The notes beneath the pieces are model-generated. The model was given only the letters and a program-made list of their open reading frames with translations, made no database searches and was not told where the DNA came from. DNA of 64,000 nt from Basidiobolus meristosporus CBS 931.73 (lineage: Eukaryota; Fungi; Basidiobolomycota), in NCBI GenBank assembly GCA_002104905.1, contig MCFE01000481.1, forward strand, positions 4,284-68,283. Reading direction: 5' to 3'. Shown one piece after another: positions 41,481-53,832 of the stretch (the stretch's first letter is position 1; the number at the start of each line of letters is the position of its first letter). Both the position numbers and the translations under genes were made by a program.

Positions 41481-42635
41481 TCATCTTCTCCTGGGTTTTT
41501 TTCTCACAGGGATTACTACTGAAGCATTTGGTAGTGACTCACTTTGCACACCTATACTACTTCCAGGCTGACTATCATCTTGGCTACTTGTGTATTTGTA
41601 GTCAGTATTTTGCCTCCTAGTTGATGACTGCGATGCTGCAGCTTGGCCGCGCTGAATCGCTCCGACTGAACTAACTGAACCGGCCTGTAGTGCCACGCGC
41701 TGACGCGTTCTTTTACTTGCCAAGGGCTCTGGTGGTTGAGGCACTTCATGTTGGTCATCATCAGTCAGTTCACCAGAAGTAACTCGCTGATGGTTGGGCA
41801 AAACGGCACGCACAGGCGCACCTTGACGCGTTGAGATGGCCCTTGGCTGAGTTTGATGGGATGCCGCATGTTGACGCAACTTGGTCCGCTCCAATGGACT
41901 TGTGTCTAAATGAGCAGTTTGCCGAGTTCTCGTAGTTTTGCTCTGAAGCGCGCACGTTGACCCGACGCGCGTTGACTCGACACGGGGCGTTCTGGTAAAG
42001 GTTGTTGGCGTGGTCTGGACTGACGTGCGCTGGCGCGCTGTGGTTGCAAGAGATGGTAGGGAATCCAGCGAGGTGTGCTGGCGCGATCTGGACGATGTTG
42101 CCCGCAGTCTGTATTCTTCCTCCTGAAGCTCACCATCTGATTCCTCAAGGTATTCACTTACCCTCTGTCTGATACTTTGGAGCTGTTGCCTGGATGAGTC
42201 CTGTGTATATTGCTCTCGGAAGCCACTTAGCTCTACTAATATATCACGTAGTACATTAGTCATTTGAGGCAAAAACTCATTCAAAATCTCTTTGGTTCCC
42301 AAGGTTAAGGCACAAACGGACGCGTCCGGCCCGTACTGTGCAAATTGTGTGCGAAATTGTTCCCGCGCGGCTTCTTTGTCAAATCCCCTCACTCTCAGCT
42401 CATTCTTGATTTCAATACTTGTCTTGTTATATATCTTTTTACATACATCGGCTGGCATCTTGATGTAGAACTCATGCTACAGCTTTCTACTCAAATTCTT
42501 CCATCTTTGTTGACTCTCTGAGGTATCTAGTTCTGCTAGATTAATCAGTAGTGCCCAAATATCTGTATGAAGGCTCATCATAGACACTTGGGCCATACTA
42601 AAATCATTTGGCAAGAACTCAAATGGATCCGACAT
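41481..42635 (-). CDS. PHIS element ORF2, unknown protein (about 384 codons) with one in-frame TAG at 42477-42479
   Basis: MSDPFEFL...QQRWKNLSRKL*HEFYIKMPADV: the 52-aa and 325-aa ORFs are in the same frame, separated by one stop plus six codons; helical N-terminal part, Ser/Thr/Arg/Gln-rich tail, C-terminal basic RKKPRRR. Confidence 0.7.
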
Positions 42636-43087
42636 CGACTTTTCCAGTCCGGACCGCGCTTGTGAGCTGGGGGATGGGTTTTGTCTGGGTTGTACTAAAG
42701 ATGAGTTGAGGCTTGGTATGGGGACCATAGCAACGGATTTGGATACTTATACAGCAGTATATTGGCATCAACCTAGTCTTATATGAAATATATATGAAAA
42801 CTAATGTGATTGTTGAATTTTCCATATATTATGCATGATACATCTCGGATTGCGTTGACACGGATCAGATCACATCAATCGCAGATTTCCTATTTGATTA
42901 TAGACCTATGATTAAAGCATCAATAAAAGTACCAAGGCATTGTTTGCGGATGATTTTTGCGACATAATGATGGTATACATGGCAATTGATGGAGATTTAA
43001 CCATAATGTGTTAAAAATCAGATAAATAACGCGGATCGCACCAAATCAATTCAAACCGCCTTTATACAATCATCCATCAATTTTAAT

Positions 43088-43972
43088 ATGACTTACTCAT
43101 CTGAATGGTCTTTTCTCATCAATCCCATCACTACCACTGGATTTCCTTTTGACACACTGGAGGAGATCTATACCAAGTACTGTGGACCATCAACCCCAAT
43201 CTACTCAAGGAGATCCCTTGTTAAGCTTCTCTGCTATTACAAGAACTATTGCCCTACAAGGTTTCATCCCACCATCCATGGCAACAAAAGTCCTAGAAGC
43301 TTTCATTCCCAGCTGACAGCCATGGAGAACCACCTTGCAGAGGGTATGAATGACTTAGAGCAAGCTTGGAATACTAGGTTCAGAAGCTCCAATAGACTTC
43401 CATATCCCAGAGTGTTCAGCAACAGGTTCCATATCAGGAGTATTTTGGATACCTTCCCAGTGAGGATTAACAGACCTTCTAGAGGGCAGAGGCACTTTTA
43501 TTCTGGCAAGTACAAGGCACACTGTGTGAAGTTTCAAGCACTATCTGACATTGAGGGCAACATCATCTGGTTTAGTGGGCCATTTGCTGGAAGTAGGCAT
43601 GACAAAGCACTCTGGGTAGAGAATCATCCTGAATTCAGTAGAGGGGAGAAATGTATGGCAGACTTAGCCTATATAGGAGAGGATTGTCAGAGATTAGGAT
43701 GTATTACAGCTTATAGGAAGCCAAGGAATGGTGTGCTTAGCAGGAAGCAGAAGCTCTACAATGAGATATTTAATCATTTCAGAGTGAGGGTAGAGCACAC
43801 ATTTGGATATCTGAAGAGATTCAGCATATTGGCAGGTAAATACAGAGGAAAGTCATATATAGGTGAAAACAGCAGGATAGGTAAAATAGTTAAGATACTT
43901 ATTAATGCACAGTATGTTCATACAAGAAGACATCCACTGAGAGAAATGTGTCTGGAGCATTATGAAGAGTAA
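43088..43972 (+). CDS. DDE transposase (DDE_Tnp_4 / IS5-ISL2-like), intact 294-aa ORF
   Basis: ILDTFPVRINRP, FYSGKYKAHCVKFQ, FAGSRHD, MADLAYIG, YRKPRNG, RVRVEHTFGYLKRFSIL: catalytic D, D, E present; no stops. Confidence 0.92.
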   Translation: MTYSSEWSFLINPITTTGFPFDTLEEIYTKYCGPSTPIYSRRSLVKLLCYYKNYCPTRFHPTIHGNKSPRSFHSQLTAMENHLAEGMNDLEQAWNTRFRSSNRLPYPRVFSNRFHIRSILDTFPVRINRPSRGQRHFYSGKYKAHCVKFQALSDIEGNIIWFSGPFAGSRHDKALWVENHPEFSRGEKCMADLAYIGEDCQRLGCITAYRKPRNGVLSRKQKLYNEIFNHFRVRVEHTFGYLKRFSILAGKYRGKSYIGENSRIGKIVKILINAQYVHTRRHPLREMCLEHYEE

Positions 43973-46900
43973 ATAAAGCAAGGAAAGCACTATTCTGAGC
44001 AACATAAGTAAGATTGAGTAAAATTACCAGTAACTGTATCATACCACTGGCATCATGGTAGAAATTATAGTGCCAGATACTGCCGTAGAGTGCCAGATTG
44101 ATCCGGCACTATAAACAGGCTGGCACTATGTGGCACTATCCAACAGAACAAGTCTACTGTCCACAGGGCCTTTTTTGGATGTAGTCCTGCTTGTTGCACT
44201 GAATGTCAAAGTGAGCTGTTATCCAATTTTTCTTCTGTTGCCATCAATGGTGGGGTTTGGGGTGGAGCCAGACAACTTTGCTTTATTTTTTGGCAGCCTA
44301 TATATGCAAGTGAATCAAACCAAAGGTGAAACAATGTTACATATATGTGTGCATGAGGTGCCACAGCTTTATTTATAATGCTTACCATGACTGGTCATCA
44401 GTAAATCTTACATTCATACAATGTATGTTCAATTTCTCAAATACAAGACTGTCTTAAGTTCAAAAGAGTATTGAACAAAAAGTGATATAATAGCATTAGG
44501 TTTTTGAAGGTCAAACTGTTTGCCTATGGACAAGGACACTTTAACTCAACACTGTAAGGAAAGAGCAAAAGACCATGTGGCTATTGTGGCAAATCTCTCA
44601 GCTATGAAGCATGCAGACAGCATAGGAAGTATTACAAGGATCATGGCCAGTGTTTTGCCACCCAAGTCATATTTAGCCATTTATTGGTCACTACTGTGCC
44701 ATCAGTATCTTGCCAGCCAGTTGATACTTCTATATTGGCACCTGGCCATCTTTGTCACCTTGCACAAACTGAGACAGGTGAGTTTGTGACGCCTTGAGGC
44801 TCACCTCATCATTCTGAATATGGCATGCAGAGTGATAGCTCTGGTGAAGAAGGTTCACTGATGTATTTTGAGCCTATCTCCCCTAGCAACAGTACCATGT
44901 ATGAGCCTGGTCAAATCCCTACATGCAATGAGGCAGCTCCCATTGAAACAAATGCCAAGGATACTTTATGGATCCAAGTGAGCCCAGTAGTCCATCTACT
45001 GGTGAGTGATGCAAAATTGTGGCTAGAGAAGTGGTGTGTTTCCACTAATATCAATAATGGGGGCTTTGAGGATTTGTTACACTACTTGCCAAAATCATAC
45101 CACAATGCCACTTACCATGTACATGGTACAAGTGGACAACTCTCATGCAGCTGGCAACATATAATCCTGAAACTGTCCTGATTCTACCATATGTTAACAG
45201 TTGCATGGCATTCACATCCAAAAATGCTACCATTGCAGCATGTCCAAATTGTCAGGAATCCATCACCATTGGGGGGAAACATTGTTCACACTCCTGGTAT
45301 ATTCCAGTCATACCCCATCTGAGGAGGTGGATGCAGTCTGACAAGTATTGCAAAGCTATACAGTACCGCACTCAGTATCAATCAAGCACAAACATATCTC
45401 ATATATTTGATGGCAAACATTACAAACAGCTACGAAGCAAGGGCTACTTCAAAGGTATGTATGACCATGCCTTTGCTTTAGCACTTGATGGATACTCATT
45501 AAACAAGTACTCTACCAGCAAATCCTGCTGGCCATTGATTCTCATCAATCCAAATCTGCTGCCCATCTTACACTATCAGAGCAATAATCTTGTGGTAGTC
45601 TCACTGGTATCTGGGTCTTAGTCATTGTCTAACCTGGATACCTACCTGTATCCGTTGCTGGATGAGTTTTGTATGCTTTCCATCAGGATAGCAGTAAACA
45701 GCCATCATGTAAAAGCACCTATTATTTTCTGCATTGGAGATACACAGCTATCAGCAAGATAGCAGGTTTTTCCAGGCACAATTGATGGTAGTGTTGTTGA
45801 GTGTGTGAGATACAGAGGATTTACGCCATAACTCACACACATTATAATTAATCAAGCCCCAGCACTTAGAAAATCATATTTCCACAGAGTGAATATCCAG
45901 AAGTCAGCATGCAATGCAGCAAAGTTGGCAAGCTATAAGCAGTTGGCCATAATATGGTATCAATTGGAAACTGGAGATACTTAAGTTAGAGGGTATCTGT
46001 TGGAGCAAAAGCTTTCCACAGGGAGCAATGCATTTGCTTTTCAACAATATACCTATACTAATGACCAAGTTGTGCATGGGGCATTTCAAGCTAAATGAGC
46101 CCTTTGAGATACCAGAGAAATCTGAAAGAATAGGCAAGATATTATAGAGTATCTGCTACCCTCACTACTTCTCTTGGGCTCCAATTTATATTCATATGCA
46201 TATGCAACAATACAAATGCAAAGACTGGATGAGCCAGATATGTATTGATTCAAGTGGCATTCTGAAGCCATGCCTACCAAGAGTACATTGGAAGCATTGG
46301 GAGTCATATGTGGACATATTAGGAATATTTATCTAGAAGCAGATCACCAATGCCAACTTGACGCATCTACAGCTGTTGTGTGAGGAGTTTGTGATGGGAT
46401 TTGAGTGGCTATAATATAAGAATGAATTGGAACACATAGGTCTCTGCTGCTATTGTATCCATTCTCTACGCCATCTTGCACAGTGTGTGGAGAATATTGG
46501 GCCTTGCTTCACCTTTTGGGAGCTTCCTTATGGAGCAAATGTGTTGGCAGATGGGAAGATGGGTCAAGTTGCAGGCACTACCATATCCCAATCTCATCAA
46601 GACTACTACCTTCAAGTCCATCATGCATGTGATGAGTTGGCACATGGAGGACAGCCAGGAAGAGTAGAAAAATACTGAGGACAAATGTGCCCATGGAGAC
46701 ACCAATCCCTATGGCATTAAGAAGCTAAGCAGCCCCAATGCATGAGTAATCAGTTAAGTAATGCAAAGTTGGGTTGTGTACAACAAGCAACTAATTTTTA
46801 TCAGGAAAACTCTACCAAGGTATGCTGGATTTCTCATGGTCACAAGCTAACTTTGTCACCATTCAATACAAAATTCACACAAACAAAAGCCAGAGCACAC

Positions 46901-47174
46901 CTATCAGGGGGACTAGAATCCAGCAGGGAGAAGGAATAGATTGACTAAATATCAAGATGTTCTTTGCAGATTTTCAGGTGTTTTCATGGCAGAAGTGGCA
47001 ACAACAAAGCATAAGTTTGCAAGATGTATATATTACCAACAGTACAAGGTATATGGCAACTTTGCAAGTATCACACTAAAAAGCCGCAAAGTTAAGGTGA
47101 TAGAAATATGTAAATTGCGGCAGGTGTGCATGTTTGTAGAGGTTAATCAACAGGAGGCCATAGTTTTTTTTAAA

Positions 47175-47472
47175 TAGTGCCATTGAGTGCCAAAAAGGCA
47201 TAGCAGACCTAAACTTGGCCACATAGTGTGAAACATTACTCTTCATTTTCATGCTAAGCAGCCCCTGTGTTTCACCCAATGTGCTGGAGAAAATCCATTT
47301 TTGATCTTTTTTTTGGATCAATGTTGTTCAGGATGTGAAAGAGTACAGAAGGATTGAAGACATGCATCCGGTACTCTATACCCATGGCACTCTGAATCCA
47401 GCTCCTGTGGCTTGTATCATGTCACAAAATGCATGGCACTATCTTGGTTTACTGGTACTATCTGGCACTATA
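47175..47472. mobile_element. Possible decayed MITE-like remnant related to the PHIS family
   Basis: AGTGCCA twice at the left and TGGCACT three times at the right in inverted orientation, as in the PHIS subterminal arrays; no AGACTTGTTC ends found. Confidence 0.3.
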
Positions 47473-47599
47473 AGTGCTTTATATAGGATTAACCTTAGGG
47501 CTAATATTTAAATAGGTGCATGTGTCAATGACATGCTCTACATCTCTGACTGGTGGTAGGCCTACTAGCTCAACTGTAAACATGTCAGAGTATTCATTC

Positions 47600-49517
47600 A
47601 AAAGAGTCTGGACCTTCAGGGGTGCTGGAGAAGAGGTATCCTCCTATAATACCTTCCTGAAGATCATCTGAGTACCTTTTCTAAATGCTCTACAGAGCTG
47701 TGTCTTGCTAAGCTCACTTGTTTTACACACACTTAAATTGACAAAGTTGAAATCCAGTCTGGAAGATAATAGCTCATAGGTCTAATTGTCTTTCTGGATC
47801 TGAGTAGCATGGGTACTCTAGCTGATAAATGGATAACAACAAAATAGCCAGGTTTGTCCAAGTACAAGGTTAAACTTTTAGCTCCTAAATATATAGGCCT
47901 GAGGGTTTTCTTCATAGTCATTGATCTTCATTCTTACTGGCCAAGTAATAAAGTTGACTATGCAAGAGTTCCCATCACCTCTGGAGACTGAAGTTGACTT
48001 GGTAGGTTCTATTTTGATTCCAGCATTTAAGGCAAATTGCTCCAACATGTACTCATGCAATGCTCCTGAGTCAATGATGATCTTGGCAGGTACTCCATTG
48101 ATTACCCCATTCAAGTATAATAGCTTTCCTGAGTCTGAGGTCATTTGGGATAGGTATTCTTCTGTCAAGTGGAAGGTCAGTTCTGCATCTTCTTCAAGTT
48201 CATCCTTCAGGTTACTATGCTCAAGGGCTTCAATATGTTTGATGGTCCCTGTTGACTGGTGTCCATTTCTTCTCTGAGGGCAGTATTCTGCAATATGTCC
48301 TTGCTGGTGTCAATTAAAGCAAAGTCCTTTCTTCTTTCATTCTTCTGAGGTGATATTTGTCTGCATAATGCTTAATTTCATTGTCACTGCAGCTGATTGT
48401 CTTCTTTTGTAGTCATTGTGGCCTCTCCAATTAGTTATGTTGGGCTTTCCAACTCCAAGCATAGCTGAGTCATAGTCAATGGCAATTGAAATGGCTTATT
48501 CAGTAGTCTGAGGTCATTGGTTATTTGCTTCCTTGCAAGTTCTTTCTTTCAACCCATTAATAAAGTTTTCAACTTGATCCAGGAGGCTCATTTGTCCAGT
48601 TTGTCCAAGTAGATATCTACATTCATAGATGTACTCTTAAACCATTCCTATCTGTCTGAGTGTCTTCAGCTTCTTTCTTAGTAGTGTTTGCTGGTGTGGG
48701 GGTTCAAGAACATACTGAACTTCCTGCACAAACTCATCCCAGGCAGAGATTGCAGAGAATCCCATCACGGTGTCTGACCTAAGTGTGTTGCTGTACCACT
48801 GTAAGGCTGCATCTGCTAAGTAAGAAGCTGCAAAATGCAACTTGCTCTCTGGAGCAACCCCTTTAACCTTAAAAGCTTCTTCAATCTGGAGGAGCCAAGT
48901 TCACAGGTTCTCATCAATTCTACCATGGTTCTGGTTAACCTTTGCACAAAAGTAGCTCTTGACAGGGTTTTGTTGGTTCTAGGCCATGGTGGTCATTCCT
49001 TGGCACTGCTAGCTAAGGATCTGGAGTAACTGTTGCTATTGTGCCAGGATTTGTTGCATAGCCTCCTTGCCATTCTTGATTTTTGGACATCTTAAAGGAG
49101 GCTTCTTCTTCCTTCAGGGGGCAGGTTTTGGGTTATTGCTGCTATTAATATTAAAAGTCTTGATAATAAGAGCTGCAGAGGAATAGGGAGTTTAGCTAGT
49201 ATTGTATTCACTAAAACTTGACCTGATTTTGGTTGAGATTGCAGCAGCTTCTTATATACAATTTGCCAGATCAGTTGCTAACTAGTTATATTTCATAATG
49301 TAGGTTGTGGCTGATGACTCATTTGATTGCATCATCATCACCAAATTAGATCCTACATGGTAAGTCTATTTTTGTCTGATATGGAACTGCTGATCCTTTG
49401 CTGATTAATACTACTGATTTGATAGATAACACTAATATACTGATAGACTAAACATAAACCTAATTGATTTGACTAGAGACTGATTGAATTTAGACATTCA
49501 AGCGGTATATCATAATA
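47600..49517 (-). mobile_element. Ty3/Gypsy remnant (LTR, gag, protease), same family as 62556-64000
   Basis: Decayed LTR about 49149..49517 homologous to 56560..56925; gag ASYLADAALQWY; protease IIIDSGALHEYM; truncated downstream. Confidence 0.8.
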
Positions 49518-49699
49518 ATTACTTCATGGCTGAAAGGTTTGCTACAATAGCCACATTGTCTTTTTTTTGTCTCTAACAGCAATGAATCAAAATAGTCTTT
49601 TCCATGGGGCAAGCAGTTTGATACTCCACAATATAACACTAACATATCATTTTTTTGTTAATACCCATGTGAACCTAAGACAGTCTTGTATTTTAGATA

Positions 49700-52600
49700 C
49701 TGCACCTACATGAATGTAAGACTCAATGATCACCTGCCATACTAAGCCTCTTAATATTTAGTGATTACTGTGACTTTTTCACAGATATGAAGCCAATATT
49801 TTGCAACATTGATCAAGCCAGAACTGCTGCCAACAAGATCAAGAGCTTTAGGCAAGGAATCAAACCTGCCTCTCTGCTTGCTTCTAAGTTCTTTCCACTA
49901 GCTTTTCACTTGAGCCTTTGGGATGATGCTGCCCTGATGAGTCAGTTGCAAGATGAACTCAATGATGTAGTTGGAGACCTTGTACTTGTACTCCCTGGCT
50001 GAACCTCTGTGGGGGAGGCTATACATTGAGTAATCTAATGTGGCAAATGGCTTTTGTCAAAGAGCAGAAATTTCTACAGGTACATCAGCCCACCTCCTTC
50101 CCTGTAAGCCAGTCACCTAGTCCTAGGGCTAATGATCCTATACATGCTGACAGTGCCAAATACAAGAAACTCAAAGAGGTAGAAGATCTGAATGCCAACA
50201 AGCAAACCTCAGCCTATACTGTGGCCAGCCCAGCCACTTTGCCAAGTATTATCCCAACAAGAAGTCCAGCTTCAAACTTCTGCAGTCATCCAGTGAGCAA
50301 TCTTCCCCTGAGTAGCTGAGAAACTCCTTGGCACAGTACCAAGGACAGGCTTGCCACTGGATCTTCCAATAAAAACTTGACACATTAAAGAAACATCATA
50401 TGCTACCAAGTCCATTCAGTCCTTCAGAATGCCTGTCAACATCTGTTCCATTGACCAATCCCTTGACTGGAAACACAAAATCCCTACTGCCCTGAAATCC
50501 TGACCTGTCAAAGTAGAAGTTGTTGATAAACAGATCCTTCTCCTTTGGTGTTATGAATAAACACAAGGCCAGAGAGTAGAGCTAAGTAAGGCAGGACCAG
50601 GAATGACTTAGGTGTGGATTAACACAGCAAGGTGGATTTTCAAGGCAAGGCTGATTATTCAAGACTTGTGTTTATCAGACCAAGGAGTACATAAGGGGTA
50701 TAGAACTATATATACTTTTTGGCAATATGGATGCCAAGAGATATTAGCTAGTACTGATGGATTACTGCGGTGAGGCACAGTAACTCTCCTAAGATAGGAA
50801 AATATTAAAGAACATACTAGAATGTCACATGGGGATATGTCAAGGGTCAGCTGATCATGTGAGTAGGTCATGTGACACACAATTATCATTCATGGTATTG
50901 AGCTATATAAACTTCAAAGACAAGCTTCCATAGTATGTTCCATTGTGCAATGCTAACTTGAAGCTTTCCAATAGCTGTTAGAATGTAGTAGAACATTCTA
51001 GATGGCACCAGGATTTCTTCACCAACTTGATTTGGATGAATCATGAAAGGTCAAGGATGTCATAGGTGCATGGTATCCAGTACTGTTGCCCATGATACAT
51101 GTTTACTCCAGTTGTCCAGTACTCATAACCATCAGTCATCAGCCTTCCACACCATTTACTCTTCCCACTACTCTGTAGTCCTTGGAAATTCATGGCTAAA
51201 TATCCATAACACAGCTGTCCAATGGAAGACCTAAACACCAGCACTTGCCAGAATCTTCAATACCAACTTCATAGTAGTACCTGACTCTTCAAGTATAGGA
51301 GTAAATTCTCCCAAGCCACCTCAGACCCAGGAGTTGGTCATTGCTAATGGATGCCTCTTCAATGGAATACCTGCCAAGTATCACATGTTTTCCCATGTTG
51401 TTGACAAGAAGAAGGCACAGCCACTCTCATTGCATAGTTCCTATGATTTAAGTCACATGTAGGCACCCAATCATCTTTGTCAAAATAAGACAGTACCCTA
51501 AGAATATGGGTAGACTTACATGCACCAAACAAGATCATCAATAAAAAGCAGTGTTGTTAGCTCCTTATCAACACCCTGATGGATCAAATCTCTTCACTCA
51601 AAGTTCTTTCTAAAGTTGACCTCAGCAGAGCTTAAGAATGTGTCAATTCAATCTTGGCAATGTATGAGAACTGCCCTCAGAAAAAGATACAGTCACTAGC
51701 CTATAAAGTTATACTGCTTAGTCTCATCAATGCCCTAGCTGTCTTGCAACACCTAATAAATGACATTTCCCATGCATACCTTGACCAATTTATGATTATC
51801 CACCTTGGTGATATCTTGCATCTATTCCAAGACTCAAGCTGCACATAAATGGCACATAAAGAATGTCTTGACAAAGCTTGACACAGCTGGCCTCTATGCC
51901 AAACTGAAGAAATGTGAGTTTTACCACAAAAAAGTTAAATTCCAAGGTTATCTTATAAGCTCAACTGGAACCTACATAAGCCCCAAGAAAGTAGGTGCCA
52001 CCCAATCCTGCAAAAATAACTGTTTGGTAAAAAAGGTGCAGTCCTTCCATTGATTTGACAGCTTCCACTATAAGTATATTACAAAGTACTCATAGATAGT
52101 CACCCTGCTGACAAATCTAATGCAGGGGAACCTTCCCTTTGCCTGGAATGAAGAACTCTGTAGGTCCTTTAATTCCATCAAGAGATTCTTCTTGGGAGCC
52201 CCCTGACTTGCCCACTCTGGCCTTGAGAAGTATTTTCTTGTAAAACTGTCATCTCCGACTGTGCCCTTGGTGCTATTCTTTCCCAGTACAATGACAAGAA
52301 TGTGCTACACCCTATTCACTGTATACTTGGAAATTTACTCCAGCCGATGTAGACTATGATATCTATGACAAGAAGCTTCTTGAAATCATTGTTACCTTTG
52401 AACAGTGACGTCATTGCCTTGACAGTGCAGCACAAAAGATCAAGATCTTCTTTGACCACAATGACCTTAAATACTTAAGCACCTCAAAAGTGCTAAACTG
52501 GAGACAAGCTAGATAGTCCTCCTTCTATCTAGCTGTGAATCTGTCATCACCTATAGCCCAGGTGTCAAACAAGGAAATCTTGATTCCCTGTCCAAAAAGA

Positions 52601-53450
52601 TGGAGTATTCCCTTGAAGTTGGGGATGATGCCTGTTGGCAAATGAAAAACCTATAACTTACCAAAGACACTCTGAGCCCAAGCCAATGACATCAACAATT
52701 GCAAGTACCAACTGTTTACCCCTGACCCTACCTTCCAGCTAGATATTATTCATTCTTGCCATGGTTCAGTGGCTGCAGGACATATTTGTGTTGCCAAAAC
52801 CCTGAATGCAATTAAGATAGACTTCTGGTGGCTGCAAATGATATTCCTTGGTAAGGAGTATCTTCAATCCTGTGATACTTATTGATAGGCAATGTCTGCC
52901 AGACACCAGCCAAAGGTACTTTGCAAACTTTTGCCAATCCCTGATCAGTGATAGAAGGTAACTTCAATAGATCTTGTTATCAACCACTTAGAAACCAACC
53001 AACTCAACTCAGTCTTAGTGGTGGCAAATAGACTCACACATATGGCTCACTTCACTCACTATTCCATCAACATAGATGCCGAGGCAACTGCCCTCTTGGT
53101 AATCAAGAATATTTTCCGGCCCTATAGTATCCCTAGTGGCATTGCATCTGCCAGAACACCCCAGTGGATATCAAAATTCTCAAAGTACTTCATTCAATTT
53201 ATTAGTATGCACATCAAGCTCTCAACTGCTTTCCATCCCCAGTCAGATGGTCATACTGAGAAAACTAACCAGATCATTAAGCAATATTTCTGGTGCTATA
53301 TCTACTACTGATAGGACAACTGGACCCAGCTCCTACCACCTGTAGAATTTGCCTACATCAACTTATGTCATAGTTCAACTGCTCTCTCTGCATCTTATGA
53401 GCACTACGGTTTTGATCTGCAATAGATACAAACAAGCCTTATGAGTCCCC
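49700..53450 (+). mobile_element. Heavily degenerate Ty3/Gypsy gag-pol (Tf2/chromovirus-like)
   Basis: Remnants of gag (WDDAALMSQ), protease (VVLGNSWL..HN), RT (FMIIHLGDIL, AKLKKCEF), RNase H (YDIYDKKLL), integrase (LSTAFHPQSDGHTEKTNQ); many stops; LTRs not identified. A probable LTR-like insert occupies about 50549-51050. Confidence 0.8.
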
Positions 53451-53459
53451 TAACAGTGG

Positions 53460-53596
53460 TGTAGTGGTGAAGAGGTACTTCTGGGAGATGCTATACAACA
53501 TGAGGTGTGTGAGGTTTCTAATAGGTGCAATAACCTCTGAGTCTAAGCTGCAGGTGTCTTTGTCAATACGTCAATTATGGTAAAGCTCTTGCTTCT
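53460..53596 (-). mobile_element. Truncated end of an LTR of the 32-36 kb family
   Basis: TGTAGTGGTGAAGAGGTACT...GGTGCAATAACCTCTG aligns with the first about 135 bp of the 32016 LTR; left flank GTGG. Confidence 0.7.
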
Positions 53597-53832
53597 CAGG
53601 CTTCCTTTGAACCTTTCACTATACAAGCATCAAGAAGCACTTTAAGAATGACCAATACACCACTCTTGGAGCTAATAGCCACTATTAAAGATGCCATTCC
53701 AGTAACATTCTCAGCCAAGAATGTTACTGAGTTTCTACAAGAGTATAACAATAAAGCTGCAGCATTTGAGTTATCACACAAGAACAAAATCTAGTTGTTT
53801 TGCTTTCTCTGCAAAGTTGAAGTGTTAAGATT

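Larger units (their letters stand above)
40738..44155. mobile_element. PHIS-superfamily (PIF/Harbinger-ISL2EU-like, possibly Pangu-type) DNA transposon, 3418 bp, two divergent ORFs
   Basis: 10-bp TIR AGACTTGTTC...GAACAAGTCT; TSD ACT (40735-40737, 44156-44158); empty site GGCAC-ACT-GTCC in the paralogous copy near 56083-56094; DDE transposase inside; GTGCCA/TGGCAC subterminal motifs. Confidence 0.92.
37420..47175 (+). mobile_element. CACTA-type element copy (second ORF minus, transposase plus), right end lost; carries a solo LTR and the PHIS element
   Basis: Left terminus CCCTATGAAAAATTATTG at 37420; colinear with 53833..59893; transposase remnants FDGKHYKQL, ALALDGYSL, WPLILINPNL; homology stops near 47175. 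Confidence 0.8.

Noticed and set aside
43088-43972. Bacterial IS5/ISL2 contamination or recent horizontal transfer
   Set aside because: It sits inside a fungal CACTA copy with a verified empty site, has a MITE partner elsewhere in the window and lacks CpG like the surrounding TE DNA; ancient origin is left to phylogeny.
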